The notes beneath the pieces are model-generated. The model did no database searches, was not told the origin of the DNA, and worked only from the letters and a program-made list of their open reading frames with translations. This document shows, piece by piece, positions 19,884 through 29,202 of a DNA stretch of 64,000 nucleotides; the first letter of the stretch is position 1; every line of letters begins with the position of its first letter. The position numbers and the translations under genes were made by a program. The DNA comes from an archaeon. GTDB lineage: Archaea > Undinarchaeota > Undinarchaeia > Undinarchaeales > JBDRKL01. The DNA lies in assembly GCA_043814055.1 (NCBI GenBank), contig JBDRKL010000012.1:64001-128000 (forward strand), read 5' to 3'.

Positions 19884-20927
19884 CTAGAGGATGTGGCGCA
19901 GGTAGGGCAGAAGTTTCAGCGCCCTGGGGTTTTTTAAGAGATGCTTAACAAGAATTGAAGGTTTTTCAGTGTTCCCGTACTCTGCTATGACCTCGTTGAG
20001 ATTTGCGCTCTTTACTAGTTTAGTTATGTTGTCAATTTCAGAGTCCTGGAGCTTCTTGTAGATTTCATGGATTTTGTGGTTGAGTTTCAGTTCAGGGAGC
20101 GCTTCTATTTTCCAGTTTTCCTCGTAGCCCTGCAAATTGTTGTTCTTTATTGCTTCTGCGAGAATTTCTGCAGAGAGAAAACCCATATAAACCCCGCCGC
20201 CGGTTGTGGCTTTCACTTGCCCAGCTGCGTCGCCGAGCAGAGCAACATTATCTTTTACAAAGGACGAGCGCCACTTGAGCGGGATTTGTCCGGCGTTTTT
20301 CTGAAGAATTTCAGGCGAGCTGAACTTTTTCTTCACGAACTTGTCAAGGTATGCCACCGGGCTCTTGTTCGTTGCGAGGCCGACACGCAGGTTGTCGCCT
20401 GCAGGGACTATCCACGCGAAGAAATTAGGAGCCACCTCGCTGCCAGCGTAGGCCTCAACAAAATCTTCGTCGTAGCCTGGGTTTTTTATAACGTATTGCA
20501 CCCCGACCACGACGTCTTCAAGGGGAGGGAATCCTGCTAGCCGCGCGATTTCTGAGCTTGGCCCGTCAGCACCGATTACGTAATCGCTTTTTGGAATTTC
20601 AGAAACGCGCGTGTTGAATTTAACATCAACATCCTCGGCTAAGTGCTGGTCAAATTTCGCGCGGTCAACTATATACGCCTTCACTTCGCTTTGCTTCACC
20701 TCAATCATTTCCCCTGAGGGAGAGAATAGCCTGGCTCCGCGGATTTTGTTTAGTATAATTTCTTCAGGGATTTTCACGAACTGCTCTATTGTTTTGCTGA
20801 GTATGCCTGTACACTGCACTGGCTCGCCGACCTTTGGGTGCTCTTCAAGGATTTCAACGTCAAAATCTTTTAACTGCTTGGCTAAATATAATCCTGCAGG
20901 CCCGGCGCCGACAATTGAAATGTGCAT
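19884..20927 (-). CDS. Geranylgeranyl reductase family FAD oxidoreductase
   Basis: GAGPAG, PVQCTG, IGADG, FFAWIVP, GDAAGQVKATTGGG. Confidence 0.88.
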   Translation of the reverse strand: MHISIVGAGPAGLYLAKQLKDFDVEILEEHPKVGEPVQCTGILSKTIEQFVKIPEEIILNKIRGARLFSPSGEMIEVKQSEVKAYIVDRAKFDQHLAEDVDVKFNTRVSEIPKSDYVIGADGPSSEIARLAGFPPLEDVVVGVQYVIKNPGYDEDFVEAYAGSEVAPNFFAWIVPAGDNLRVGLATNKSPVAYLDKFVKKKFSSPEILQKNAGQIPLKWRSSFVKDNVALLGDAAGQVKATTGGGVYMGFLSAEILAEAIKNNNLQGYEENWKIEALPELKLNHKIHEIYKKLQDSEIDNITKLVKSANLNEVIAEYGNTEKPSILVKHLLKNPRALKLLPYLRHIL

Positions 20928-21035
20928 AAGTTTATATCTGCTTGAGTTAATTTAAATGTATGGCAGTACAAAGCATAACAAATTATACCAGCTTTGTACT
21001 AATTTCAAAGCCTGGGAAATTGGTGAAACTTTGAA

Positions 21036-21299
21036 ATGGCAGAGCACGAGAACCTCAAGCAGAAGATAAAGGACATTATTGAGAATGATATTGAGCACAA
21101 ATGGAGAACTTTCAGCCTTGCAGATGTTGTTGAAGAGGCGAAGATACAGGGAATTAGCGAGCACGAGGTTGAGGAGATTATGCACGAGCTCATTGAGGAC
21201 AATTACATTCACGAGGTCCGCGGGGCGCACGAGCTTTATGAGCGGACTGTTTGGAAAGATTACAACCCGGCGAATGAAGAGGGGCCGGATTTTAGCTGA
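21036..21299 (+). CDS. Small winged-helix protein
   Basis: Pattern resembles the C-terminal WH of MCM and RPA in this window; SD GGTGA. Confidence 0.6.
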   Translation: MAEHENLKQKIKDIIENDIEHKWRTFSLADVVEEAKIQGISEHEVEEIMHELIEDNYIHEVRGAHELYERTVWKDYNPANEEGPDFS

Positions 21300-21946
21300 T
21301 GGATAAAAAAAGCAACAAAGCAACAAGTACTGAGTTTAAGTGCACAAGCTGCAATGGCGTGATAATGCAGAGCGATAAGGTGCCGATAAAAATTGAAGGG
21401 GAAGAGTGCACAATTGACGGATATTTCTGCCCGAAGTGCGAGGTCGTATTTTTCAGGGATAGGAACGTTAGGAAGGCGAAAGAAATTATTATTCCGGCAG
21501 ATAATAAAGAAAGTGGGCTTATTGTAGAAGGCGGAAAAATTGGCATAGCAAATATAAAAAAGAATCACATCTGCATATGTAGAAACGATAGAAAAACTAT
21601 AAAAGAGAACCAAGAGGTTTTGATTACCCGAAAGAGTGGTGATATTGAAAGATATCATACCTGGGCTTTCTACTGCAAAAATTGCAAAACATTTGTTCCG
21701 ATAGGCGTTGAGAACATTAGATGGATTTGTGGTAATCGGGGGGAGAAATTTGAAATACATAAGAAACCAGAAACAAAAGGAAAATCCAAGTTTCAGAGAT
21801 GTTTCTGTGGCACTGAAGAGTGTGAAGAGCGAGTTGATTATATCTTAATTGGAAAAAAACAATTAAAGGTTAATGCAGCTGTCTGCACTAGAGATTATTG
21901 CGTGTTCATAAAACTTGACAAAAAGAGAATGAAAGACATTATGTAA
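21299..21946 (+). CDS. Cys-rich protein with about three YgiT/MqsA-like zinc ribbons
   Basis: CTSC...YFCPKC, CIC...FYCKNC, CFC...VCTRDYC; AT-rich DNA. Confidence 0.6.
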   Translation: MDKKSNKATSTEFKCTSCNGVIMQSDKVPIKIEGEECTIDGYFCPKCEVVFFRDRNVRKAKEIIIPADNKESGLIVEGGKIGIANIKKNHICICRNDRKTIKENQEVLITRKSGDIERYHTWAFYCKNCKTFVPIGVENIRWICGNRGEKFEIHKKPETKGKSKFQRCFCGTEECEERVDYILIGKKQLKVNAAVCTRDYCVFIKLDKKRMKDIM

Positions 21947-23099
21947 GAAGGTAAAAAGGGGTCGCCTTCTTGATTTCAACCTGCTTTGTTTCCCCGATTT
22001 TCCCTTCAATTATGATTTGCTTGTAAGCATAATTCCTGCCCTGGCTTTCTTCGTCAATTAAAACTGAACCCGTCCAGCCGAGCCAGGTGTTGTTGCGCTT
22101 TTGCCTGACTTCTTTCGCAAGGTCTGTGAGCTTTGAGCTGCGGTTCTTTTTCACAACTTCCTCATGCTCTTTGAGTTTTTCAGCTTCAGTGCCTGGGCGT
22201 TTTCCGAAGCGGGAGATGTTTATGTCGTCCGGCTCTATTTCTTTGATTAAATCCAGGGTGTCTTGGAACTGCGCTTCGGTTTCTGTGGGGTATCCAACAA
22301 TCACGTCTGTTGAGATTGCGAAGCCTGGGAATTCTTTTCTGAATCTCTCAACTATTTGCTTGAATTCTTCCACGGAATATTGCCGGTTCATATCTTTGAG
22401 GACTTGGTCATTCCCACTTTGAACTGGCAGATGCAGAAACTTAAACAATTTCTCGCTTTTGAAAGCCCCAATTAACTCATCTTGGATTTTTAAAACGTGA
22501 TTTGGATTCATCATACCCACGCGGACTTTGAAATCTCCATGCACTGCGCAGACTTTTGTGAGAAGCTCAGCGAGGTTGGAATTTATATCAAAGCCATACG
22601 CTGCGGTGTCCTGCGCTGTAATCCAGATTTCCTTACAGCCGTCCTGGATGAATTGCTCAACTGATTTGATTATTTTTTCAGGCGCGTAACTCTTTAATGG
22701 ACCACGCGCATTCTTCACAATACAATAAGTGCAATTACCCAAACAGCCTGAACTGATTGGAACTATTCCAATTATTTTGTTGGTTCGAATTACTGGACCA
22801 TCCAAGACCTCTTCATGCTTAACGCCCCAAAACTCTGCGTTCGGTGCAACTTTTTTCAATTCCTCAAGCTGGACTTCGGGCATGCAGCCTGCGATGATTA
22901 GTTTTTTGTGCCTGAGCTCTTTGACTCGCTTCAGGATTTTGAGCTCAGTTGGCTTTTTCACAGTGCAAGTGTTGATTACAATTAAATCCGCGTCTTTTTC
23001 AGACTCAACTTGCTCGTGCTCAGCGCTCAACACTCCTGCTATGTGCTCGGAGTCTGCGAAATTTCTGGAGCAGCCGTAGGTTTCGATGTAGAACTTCAT
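21939..23099 (-). CDS. mtaB: tRNA methylthiotransferase (MtaB/CDKAL1-type radical SAM)
   Basis: ETYGC, NTCTVK, CLGNCTYC, VRVGMMNP, HLPVQSG, TRAM domain. Confidence 0.88.
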   Translation of the reverse strand: MKFYIETYGCSRNFADSEHIAGVLSAEHEQVESEKDADLIVINTCTVKKPTELKILKRVKELRHKKLIIAGCMPEVQLEELKKVAPNAEFWGVKHEEVLDGPVIRTNKIIGIVPISSGCLGNCTYCIVKNARGPLKSYAPEKIIKSVEQFIQDGCKEIWITAQDTAAYGFDINSNLAELLTKVCAVHGDFKVRVGMMNPNHVLKIQDELIGAFKSEKLFKFLHLPVQSGNDQVLKDMNRQYSVEEFKQIVERFRKEFPGFAISTDVIVGYPTETEAQFQDTLDLIKEIEPDDINISRFGKRPGTEAEKLKEHEEVVKKNRSSKLTDLAKEVRQKRNNTWLGWTGSVLIDEESQGRNYAYKQIIIEGKIGETKQVEIKKATPFYLLT

Positions 23100-23151
23100 G
23101 ATTGATTTGTTGTTGAGAATGTTTATTAAGTTGGGGGTTTAATAATAAAAT

Positions 23152-23565
23152 ATGAATGAAAAAGAATTTTTCAGAAACTTTTTCCCCAAAATTCTTAGCG
23201 GAGAAATAAAGCAACCGATTGTGGCTTTTGAGGGGTCAGGCAAATGTTTTACAGATAGGACAGATTTGCATATCTCCAAAATACACCAAACTGCCCTTAT
23301 ACACATAATAAACGAAAAACCAGCCGTGATAGATCTTGCCCGCCGAGACTTTGGAACAGAAACAGGGGTACTGTACGTATATTCTGGAATGGAGAACCTA
23401 GGCAGGAAGGATATAAAGACTATTAGTGATCGCTTAAAGGATTTCCCTTTGCCCTACATAATTCTTGCAAATTCAAAAGAATATGAGAGATTAAGACGAA
23501 ATAATCACTTCCAAAAATTAAAGCCAATTTTTATTGATAATGAAGGAAATGTTTCTGAAGTTTAA
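23152..23565 (+). CDS. Hypothetical protein
   Basis: 137-aa AT-rich ORF filling the gap between minus-strand genes. Confidence 0.55.
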   Translation: MNEKEFFRNFFPKILSGEIKQPIVAFEGSGKCFTDRTDLHISKIHQTALIHIINEKPAVIDLARRDFGTETGVLYVYSGMENLGRKDIKTISDRLKDFPLPYIILANSKEYERLRRNNHFQKLKPIFIDNEGNVSEV

Positions 23566-23568
23566 GAA

Positions 23569-24357
23569 TTAAATCAACGAGCCATCCAAAGCACTCTTGC
23601 ACCCGCACTTTCTCTCTTTTGAAATCTTTGGAATAACTTCCGCGAGCAGTTTCTTGACTTTCTCCTCACTTTCCTTCATTGTCTTGATTACTTCTTCAAG
23701 TGTTACAGCGCCCTCTTTCCAGCAGTCGTAATCAGTCACAGTTGCGATTGAGGCGTAGCAGATTTGGGCTTCGCGGGCGAGGATGCACTCAGGCACAAGA
23801 GTCATTCCGATTACGTCGCAGCCCCACTGCCTGTAAAGAAGGGACTCGGCGCGGGTTGAGAAGCGCGGACCCTGGACGCAGATGTACGTGCCTTTAGGGT
23901 GGTGAGAGTACTCAAGCGCGTTGCACTGCTCTATGAGAGTATTGCGCAGTTCCGGACAGAATGGGTCTGCCATTGAGATATGGCACACCTGACCGTGGTC
24001 ATAGAATGTTTTCTGCCTGCCCCAGGTTCTGTCTATGAACTGGTCGCAAATTACGATGTCGCCGGGCTTGGTTTCTTCTTTCATTCCGCCAACTGCCTGC
24101 GGAGCGAGAATGTGCGTAACTCCTAACTGCTTGAGCGCGTCAATGTTCGCGCGGAAGTTGATTGAGTGTGGCGGGATTGTATGCTTTTTCCCGTGTCGCG
24201 GCAGGAACGCGATTTGCTTTCCCTGAAATTCGCCGATTGTGATTTTGTCAGAGGGCTCGCCGTACTTTGTCTTTACTGCGATTTCCTTAGAGTTCTTGAG
24301 CATCCCGGGGTCGTAGACGCCTGTGCCGCCGATTATTGCAATTTCTGCTTTTTCCAT
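23569..24357 (-). CDS. mtnP: 5'-methylthioadenosine phosphorylase
   Basis: IIGGTG, LPRHG, DQFIDRT, GPRFSTRAES, GMT, TDYDCW. Confidence 0.93.
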   Translation of the reverse strand: MEKAEIAIIGGTGVYDPGMLKNSKEIAVKTKYGEPSDKITIGEFQGKQIAFLPRHGKKHTIPPHSINFRANIDALKQLGVTHILAPQAVGGMKEETKPGDIVICDQFIDRTWGRQKTFYDHGQVCHISMADPFCPELRNTLIEQCNALEYSHHPKGTYICVQGPRFSTRAESLLYRQWGCDVIGMTLVPECILAREAQICYASIATVTDYDCWKEGAVTLEEVIKTMKESEEKVKKLLAEVIPKISKERKCGCKSALDGSLI

Positions 24358-24417
24358 AATGGACTTTTGGTTCAAAAGCTATATAAACTTTAAACCGTAT
24401 TTTTCCGAGGTGAGTTA

Positions 24418-24945
24418 ATGGATTTAAAATCAAGTATTCGCAACGTGCCGGATTTCCCGAAGAAGGGAATAATGTTCAGGGACATTACTACGCTTTTGGA
24501 AAACCCTGAAGCGTTCAAGTACTGCATAGACCAGTTCGCTGGGCACTACAAGGGCAAGGGAATTGACATTATTGTCGGGGTTGAGAGCCGCGGGTTCATG
24601 TTCGGCGCAGCACTTGCCTATGCAATGGGAAAGCCGCTTATGATTGTGCGCAAGCCAGGAAAGCTTCCGTGCGACGTGGTTTTTGAGGAGTACGAGCTTG
24701 AGTATGGCACTGACAAGATTGAGATGCACGCGAACTGCATCAAGCCCGGGCAGACCGCGCTTTTGATTGATGACCTGCTCGCCACGGGTGGAACCATACG
24801 CGCCACTGCGAATCTGGTTGAGAAGATTGGAGGGAAGATTGGCGGGATTGCTTTTGTGGTTGAACTCACGTTCCTGAACGGGAAAGATAAACTAAAAAAT
24901 TATGACGTGTTCACGCTTGTTGAATACGATTCAGAGGAGGAGTAA
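24418..24945 (+). CDS. apt: Adenine phosphoribosyltransferase
   Basis: PDFPKKGIMFRDIT, ESRGF, RKPGKLP, IDDLLATGGT. Confidence 0.95.
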   Translation: MDLKSSIRNVPDFPKKGIMFRDITTLLENPEAFKYCIDQFAGHYKGKGIDIIVGVESRGFMFGAALAYAMGKPLMIVRKPGKLPCDVVFEEYELEYGTDKIEMHANCIKPGQTALLIDDLLATGGTIRATANLVEKIGGKIGGIAFVVELTFLNGKDKLKNYDVFTLVEYDSEEE

Positions 24946-26199
24946 ATGAGCAAAATAGCAAACCCAAAACTGGCAGAACAGGGAAGAAAGAAGATTGAAT
25001 GGGCAGAAGCTAGAATGCCTGTAATGATGAAGATTCGCGAGAAATACTCAAAAGAGAAGCCGCTCAAGGGGCAGCGAATCGCAGGATGCCTGCACGTTAC
25101 AAAGGAGACTGCGGTTCTCGTGAAAACTTTGCGTGATGCTGGAGCTGAGATTGCGTGGAGTGGATGCAACCCGCTGAGCACCCAGGATGATATCGCGGCA
25201 GCGCTCGCTGAGGAGGAAAATGTTGAGATTTTCGCGTGGCACGGGCAGAACACTGAGGAGTTTTACTGGAGCATTGAGCAGTGCCTTGAGTTCAAGCCGA
25301 CCTTGACTTTGGACGATGGGGCTGACTTGATATTCACAGTGCACAACAAGCACCCAGAACTTGCTGACGGGATTATTGGCGGAAGCGAGGAAACAACCAC
25401 AGGAGTTCACAGGCTTAGGGCGATGTCTGATGCAGGGAAGCTCTTGTATCCGGTTATTGCAGTGAATGATGCAGAGACCAAATGGGACTTTGATAATGTT
25501 TACGGCACAGGGCAGAGCTCGCTTGACGGAATTTTGAGGGCGACTAATGTTCTGCTTGCTGGAAAGACTTTTGTGGTTGCAGGGTACGGGCACTGCGGCA
25601 AGGGCTGCGGAATGCGCACAAAGGGAATGGGCTGCAATGTTATTGCAACTGAGGTTGACCCAATACAGGCGCTCAAGGCAACTCTTGAGGGAATTAGGGT
25701 GATGAAGATGGATGACGCCGCAAAGGTCGGGGATATTTTCATAACCGCGACCGGAGTCAAGGACATTATTAGGAGGAATCATTTTGAGGTAATGAAGGAC
25801 GGTGCGATTGTGTGCAACACCGGGCACTATGACTGCGAGATAAACATTCCTGAGCTGGACTCGCTGGCCAAGAGCAAGAGGACCATAAGAGACAATTGCG
25901 AGGAATATACAATGAAAGACGGCAGAAGGATTTATCTGCTTGCACAAGGCAGGCTTGTCAATCTTGCGGCAGCTGAGGGGCACCCAAGCGAAGTTATGGA
26001 CATGAGCTTTGCGAACCAGTTCAACGCGATGATGCAGCTGGCAAAGGAAGGAAAAACCATGGGCAAAAAGGTCTATGACACTACCAAGGAGCAGGACCAG
26101 GAAATAGCCGGAGTGAAGCTAAGCACAATGGGCATTGAAATAGACAAGCTCACAAAGGAACAGGAAGCGTATCTCACGGATTACAGCATGGGGACATAG
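24946..26199 (+). CDS. ahcY: S-adenosylhomocysteine hydrolase
   Basis: CLHVTKETA, CNPLSTQD, EETTTG, FDNVYGTGQS, GRLVNL..GHP. Confidence 0.96.
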   Translation: MSKIANPKLAEQGRKKIEWAEARMPVMMKIREKYSKEKPLKGQRIAGCLHVTKETAVLVKTLRDAGAEIAWSGCNPLSTQDDIAAALAEEENVEIFAWHGQNTEEFYWSIEQCLEFKPTLTLDDGADLIFTVHNKHPELADGIIGGSEETTTGVHRLRAMSDAGKLLYPVIAVNDAETKWDFDNVYGTGQSSLDGILRATNVLLAGKTFVVAGYGHCGKGCGMRTKGMGCNVIATEVDPIQALKATLEGIRVMKMDDAAKVGDIFITATGVKDIIRRNHFEVMKDGAIVCNTGHYDCEINIPELDSLAKSKRTIRDNCEEYTMKDGRRIYLLAQGRLVNLAAAEGHPSEVMDMSFANQFNAMMQLAKEGKTMGKKVYDTTKEQDQEIAGVKLSTMGIEIDKLTKEQEAYLTDYSMGT

Positions 26200-26220
26200 A
26201 AAAGGTTCATAGGATGAGAT

Positions 26221-26266
26221 AACCCCTTTATAAAGAGAACCCTTTATATACCCCCTTACTTATATA
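26221..26266 (+). promoter_or_regulatory. Three tandem TATA-like boxes upstream of tbp
   Basis: CCCTTTATAAA, CCCTTTATATA and CTTATATA about 16-17 nt apart. Confidence 0.5.
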
Positions 26267-26318
26267 GTACTTCCCCGCGATGGAGGGGGCTAAATTTTAG
26301 TCATGAGGTGGTAATTGA

Positions 26319-26428
26319 ATGGCACCCAGCCCCTGAAGTTGGGGACTGGGTGTATTTCGAAGCGGCGGAAGTCGCTTCAAAAAAAAGAGGGAGGGAAATG
26401 CGGCATTTAATGCCGCTTCGAAATGGCA
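26319..26428 (+). promoter_or_regulatory. uORF plus double-hairpin leader of tbp, flanked by AATGGCA repeats
   Basis: SD GAGGTG then ATG at 26319 (MAPSP*); 13-bp stem ATTTCGAAGCGGC/GCCGCTTCGAAAT covers the tbp ATG. Confidence 0.6.
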
Positions 26429-27064
26429 AAAAAAACAACAAAAAAAAGTACAACAAAACCTGTTAAAAAACAGGTTATTAAGAAATCTAAGACAACAAAA
26501 CCTGTTAAAAGACAATTTATTAAGAAACCCAAGGTTAAGATTGAGAACGTGGTTGCGTCCGCTTCTGTGGATGCCGAAATAGACTTGGACAAAATTGCTG
26601 CAACGCTTCCGAATGCTGAGTATGAGCCGGAGCAGTTCCCAGGGCTTGTCCTAAGACTTACTGACCCCAAAGCCGCAATACTGGTCTTTTCCTCAGGAAA
26701 GATGGTCTGCACAGGCGCAAAAGAAGTAGCTATGATTAAGGTGGCAATAGACAAGACCATCAAGCAGATAAAGACAACCGGAACCAAGGTTAGGGGGGAG
26801 GCAACCATAACTGTGCAGAATATTGTGGCAAGCTCTGACCTAGGCGTAGAGCTCAACCTGGACAAGATTGCTTTCTCGCTTCAGAACGCTGAGTTTGAGC
26901 CAGAGCAGTTTCCCGGGCTCGTGTTCCGCGTGTTTGACCCTAAAGTGGTGTTCCTGCTGTTCAGGTCTGGGAAGATAGTGTGCACTGGCGCAAAGAAGAA
27001 GATTGATGTTGAGCGCGGAGTCGCAAAGCTGATACAAGAACTCAAAAAGATAAAGGCGCTTTGA
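26423..27064 (+). CDS. tbp: TATA-box binding protein with Lys-rich N-terminal extension
   Basis: Two TBP repeats: IENVVAS..EYEPEQFPGL..FSSGKMVCTG and VQNIVAS..EPEQFPGL..FRSGKIVCTG. Confidence 0.97.
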   Translation: MAKKTTKKSTTKPVKKQVIKKSKTTKPVKRQFIKKPKVKIENVVASASVDAEIDLDKIAATLPNAEYEPEQFPGLVLRLTDPKAAILVFSSGKMVCTGAKEVAMIKVAIDKTIKQIKTTGTKVRGEATITVQNIVASSDLGVELNLDKIAFSLQNAEFEPEQFPGLVFRVFDPKVVFLLFRSGKIVCTGAKKKIDVERGVAKLIQELKKIKAL

Positions 27065-27086
27065 ATCATTTCATAATGGGGAGAAT

Positions 27087-29123
27087 ATGGAGAGAGATCC
27101 AATAGAACGATTTGAGGAATTTTTCCGAGAGAAATACTACGACGACCTACTGAAGGTTGCGCGTGAATACCCTGACAAGAAATCTCTTGTCGTGGACTAC
27201 GCGGAGCTGGACAAGCACGATGTTGAGCTGGCTGATCTGCTTCTCAAGGACCCAGAGGAGACCTTCAAGATTGCCAAGGACGCCCTGATGGAGATTGACC
27301 TCCCTATTGAGGGAATCTACAGTATAAATGTGCGCTTCAAGAACTTGCCGAGCTCCCAGAACATAAATATCCGCGACGTCAGGTCAGAGCACATAGACCA
27401 CCTCATAACGCTTGAAGGGCTTGTGAAGAGTGCGGCGGACGTGAGGCCTGAGGCGATTAGGGTTGTGTATGAATGCCCAGACTGCAAGAAGGAAATTGTT
27501 GTGGCACAGGGCGGGAAGAAGCTCAAGACCCCGTTTATGTGTGATGACCCGCAATGCGCCAGGAAAGGGCGGTTCAAACTGCTCAGGGCAGATTTGATTG
27601 ACACGCAGAGCATAAAGATACAGGAGCCCCCTGAGACGATTATCGGCGGGGAGCAGCCATCACAGCTTTACTCACAGCTCAGTGAGGATTTGGTTTCACC
27701 TTTTGAGAGGAAGAAGTCGCTGCCTGGAAACAGGGTCAAAATAACCGGAATTCTCAGGAAGAGGGCAACGCACACGACTGCCGGCGCGCCCACCACAAGA
27801 TTTGACTTGTATCTTGAAGCAAACCACATTGAGACTATTGAGCGCGAGTTTTCAGAGATAGAGCTGAGCAACAAGGATATTGAGGATATAAAGAAATTGT
27901 CAAAGGACAAGAAGCTTTACAAGAAGTTTGTTGATTCGCTTGCACCTTCCATCCAGGGTTATGAGGATGTGAAGGAGGCCATATTGCTGCAATTGTTCGG
28001 CGGGGTTCCTAAGATTCAGCCGGACGGAACCAGAATTAGGGAAAATATTCACTTGTTCCTTGTTGGTGACCCAGCTGTTGGTAAGTCACAGCTGCTAAGG
28101 TATGTTGCTGAGTTGTCGCCAAAGGGCAGGTTTGTCTCTGGGCGAAAAGCGTCAGGGGTTGGTTTGACAGCAGCGGTTGTGCGCGATGAATTTGCCGGCG
28201 GCTGGACCCTTGAAGCAGGCGCGCTTATCCTTGCAAACAATGGAGTGGCTGCTGTTGACGAGTTTGACAAGATGGATGACGACGACAGGAGCGCTATGCT
28301 GGAAGCCATGGAGCAGGGGACGATTTCCATTGCCAAGGCAGGGATTGTAACAACGCTCAGGGCGAACACAACTGTGCTTGCTGCAGCGAATCCAAAGTAT
28401 GGAAGGTTTGACTTGTACAGGCCGCTACCTGACCAGATTGACTTGTCTCCGGTTATACTGAGCAGGTTTGACGTAAAGTTTCTGATACAGGACACGCCAG
28501 GCAGGGAAGCGGACGAGAAACTCGCTGATCACATTCTTAATTCGTTTATTTCTCCAAAAACTGTTGAGCCCGTGATAAAGGGGGAGTTCATCAGGAAGTA
28601 TGTTGCTTACGCAAAGACACATTGCAAGCCAAAGATGACAAGGGAAGCACAAAAAATCATAAAGGACTTCTATGTGACTTGGAGGGGAAAACACGGCGGC
28701 GGGGACAGCGGGGACAACAAAGTTGCGCTTACTCCGAGGCAACTGGAAGCGCTTGTGCGAATGTCAGAAGCATCTGCCAAGGTGCGGCTTGCTGATAAGG
28801 TTACTGTTGAGGATGCGAGGCGCGGCACAAGGTTGCTTGAGTTCTCGCTGAGGCAGCTTGGCACTGAGCCTGAGACAGGGCAGATTGACATTGACAGGAT
28901 AGAGGCGGGCACTAGTTCAATGCAGAGAAGCAAGATTTACACCATGCTCACAATTATTGAGGAGATTACAAAGGACGTTGGCAAGAATGTTCCGGTTGAG
29001 GATATCCTGAAAGAGGCAAAAGACCGCGGCATAGAGGAGCTCGCGGCGCTTGAGCTTATTGGAAAATTAAAGGAGAAAGGTGATTTGTTTGAGCCAAAAC
29101 CGGGCTACCTCCAAAAAGCGTAA
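27087..29123 (+). CDS. mcm: MCM replicative helicase
   Basis: Zn finger, GDPAVGKSQ, VDEFDKM, AANPKYGRFD, SRFD, C-terminal WH; no intein. Confidence 0.97.
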   Translation: MERDPIERFEEFFREKYYDDLLKVAREYPDKKSLVVDYAELDKHDVELADLLLKDPEETFKIAKDALMEIDLPIEGIYSINVRFKNLPSSQNINIRDVRSEHIDHLITLEGLVKSAADVRPEAIRVVYECPDCKKEIVVAQGGKKLKTPFMCDDPQCARKGRFKLLRADLIDTQSIKIQEPPETIIGGEQPSQLYSQLSEDLVSPFERKKSLPGNRVKITGILRKRATHTTAGAPTTRFDLYLEANHIETIEREFSEIELSNKDIEDIKKLSKDKKLYKKFVDSLAPSIQGYEDVKEAILLQLFGGVPKIQPDGTRIRENIHLFLVGDPAVGKSQLLRYVAELSPKGRFVSGRKASGVGLTAAVVRDEFAGGWTLEAGALILANNGVAAVDEFDKMDDDDRSAMLEAMEQGTISIAKAGIVTTLRANTTVLAAANPKYGRFDLYRPLPDQIDLSPVILSRFDVKFLIQDTPGREADEKLADHILNSFISPKTVEPVIKGEFIRKYVAYAKTHCKPKMTREAQKIIKDFYVTWRGKHGGGDSGDNKVALTPRQLEALVRMSEASAKVRLADKVTVEDARRGTRLLEFSLRQLGTEPETGQIDIDRIEAGTSSMQRSKIYTMLTIIEEITKDVGKNVPVEDILKEAKDRGIEELAALELIGKLKEKGDLFEPKPGYLQKA

Positions 29124-29126
29124 GAT

Positions 29127-29186
29127 AGGGGCTTCGCGAACTAAAGTGAGCGAACGCCCCAGCTCTACCTCCGCGAGCAGGCGGAG
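29127..29186. repeat. Palindromic element homologous to 8283-8332
   Basis: GGGGCTTCGC...GCGAACGCCCC hairpin plus identical 18-mer CTCCGCGAGCAGGCGGAG. Confidence 0.75.
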
Positions 29187-29202
29187 TGATTGGAAATTAG
29201 GA

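Noticed and set aside
25048-25983. 311-aa antisense ORF, and similar shadow ORFs throughout the window
   Set aside because: Lies opposite a well-conserved gene (ahcY) and has no recognisable motifs
29080-29202. N-terminal extension of the presenilin-like protease
   Set aside because: Overlaps the mcm end and the palindromic element; ATG 29203 is more plausible
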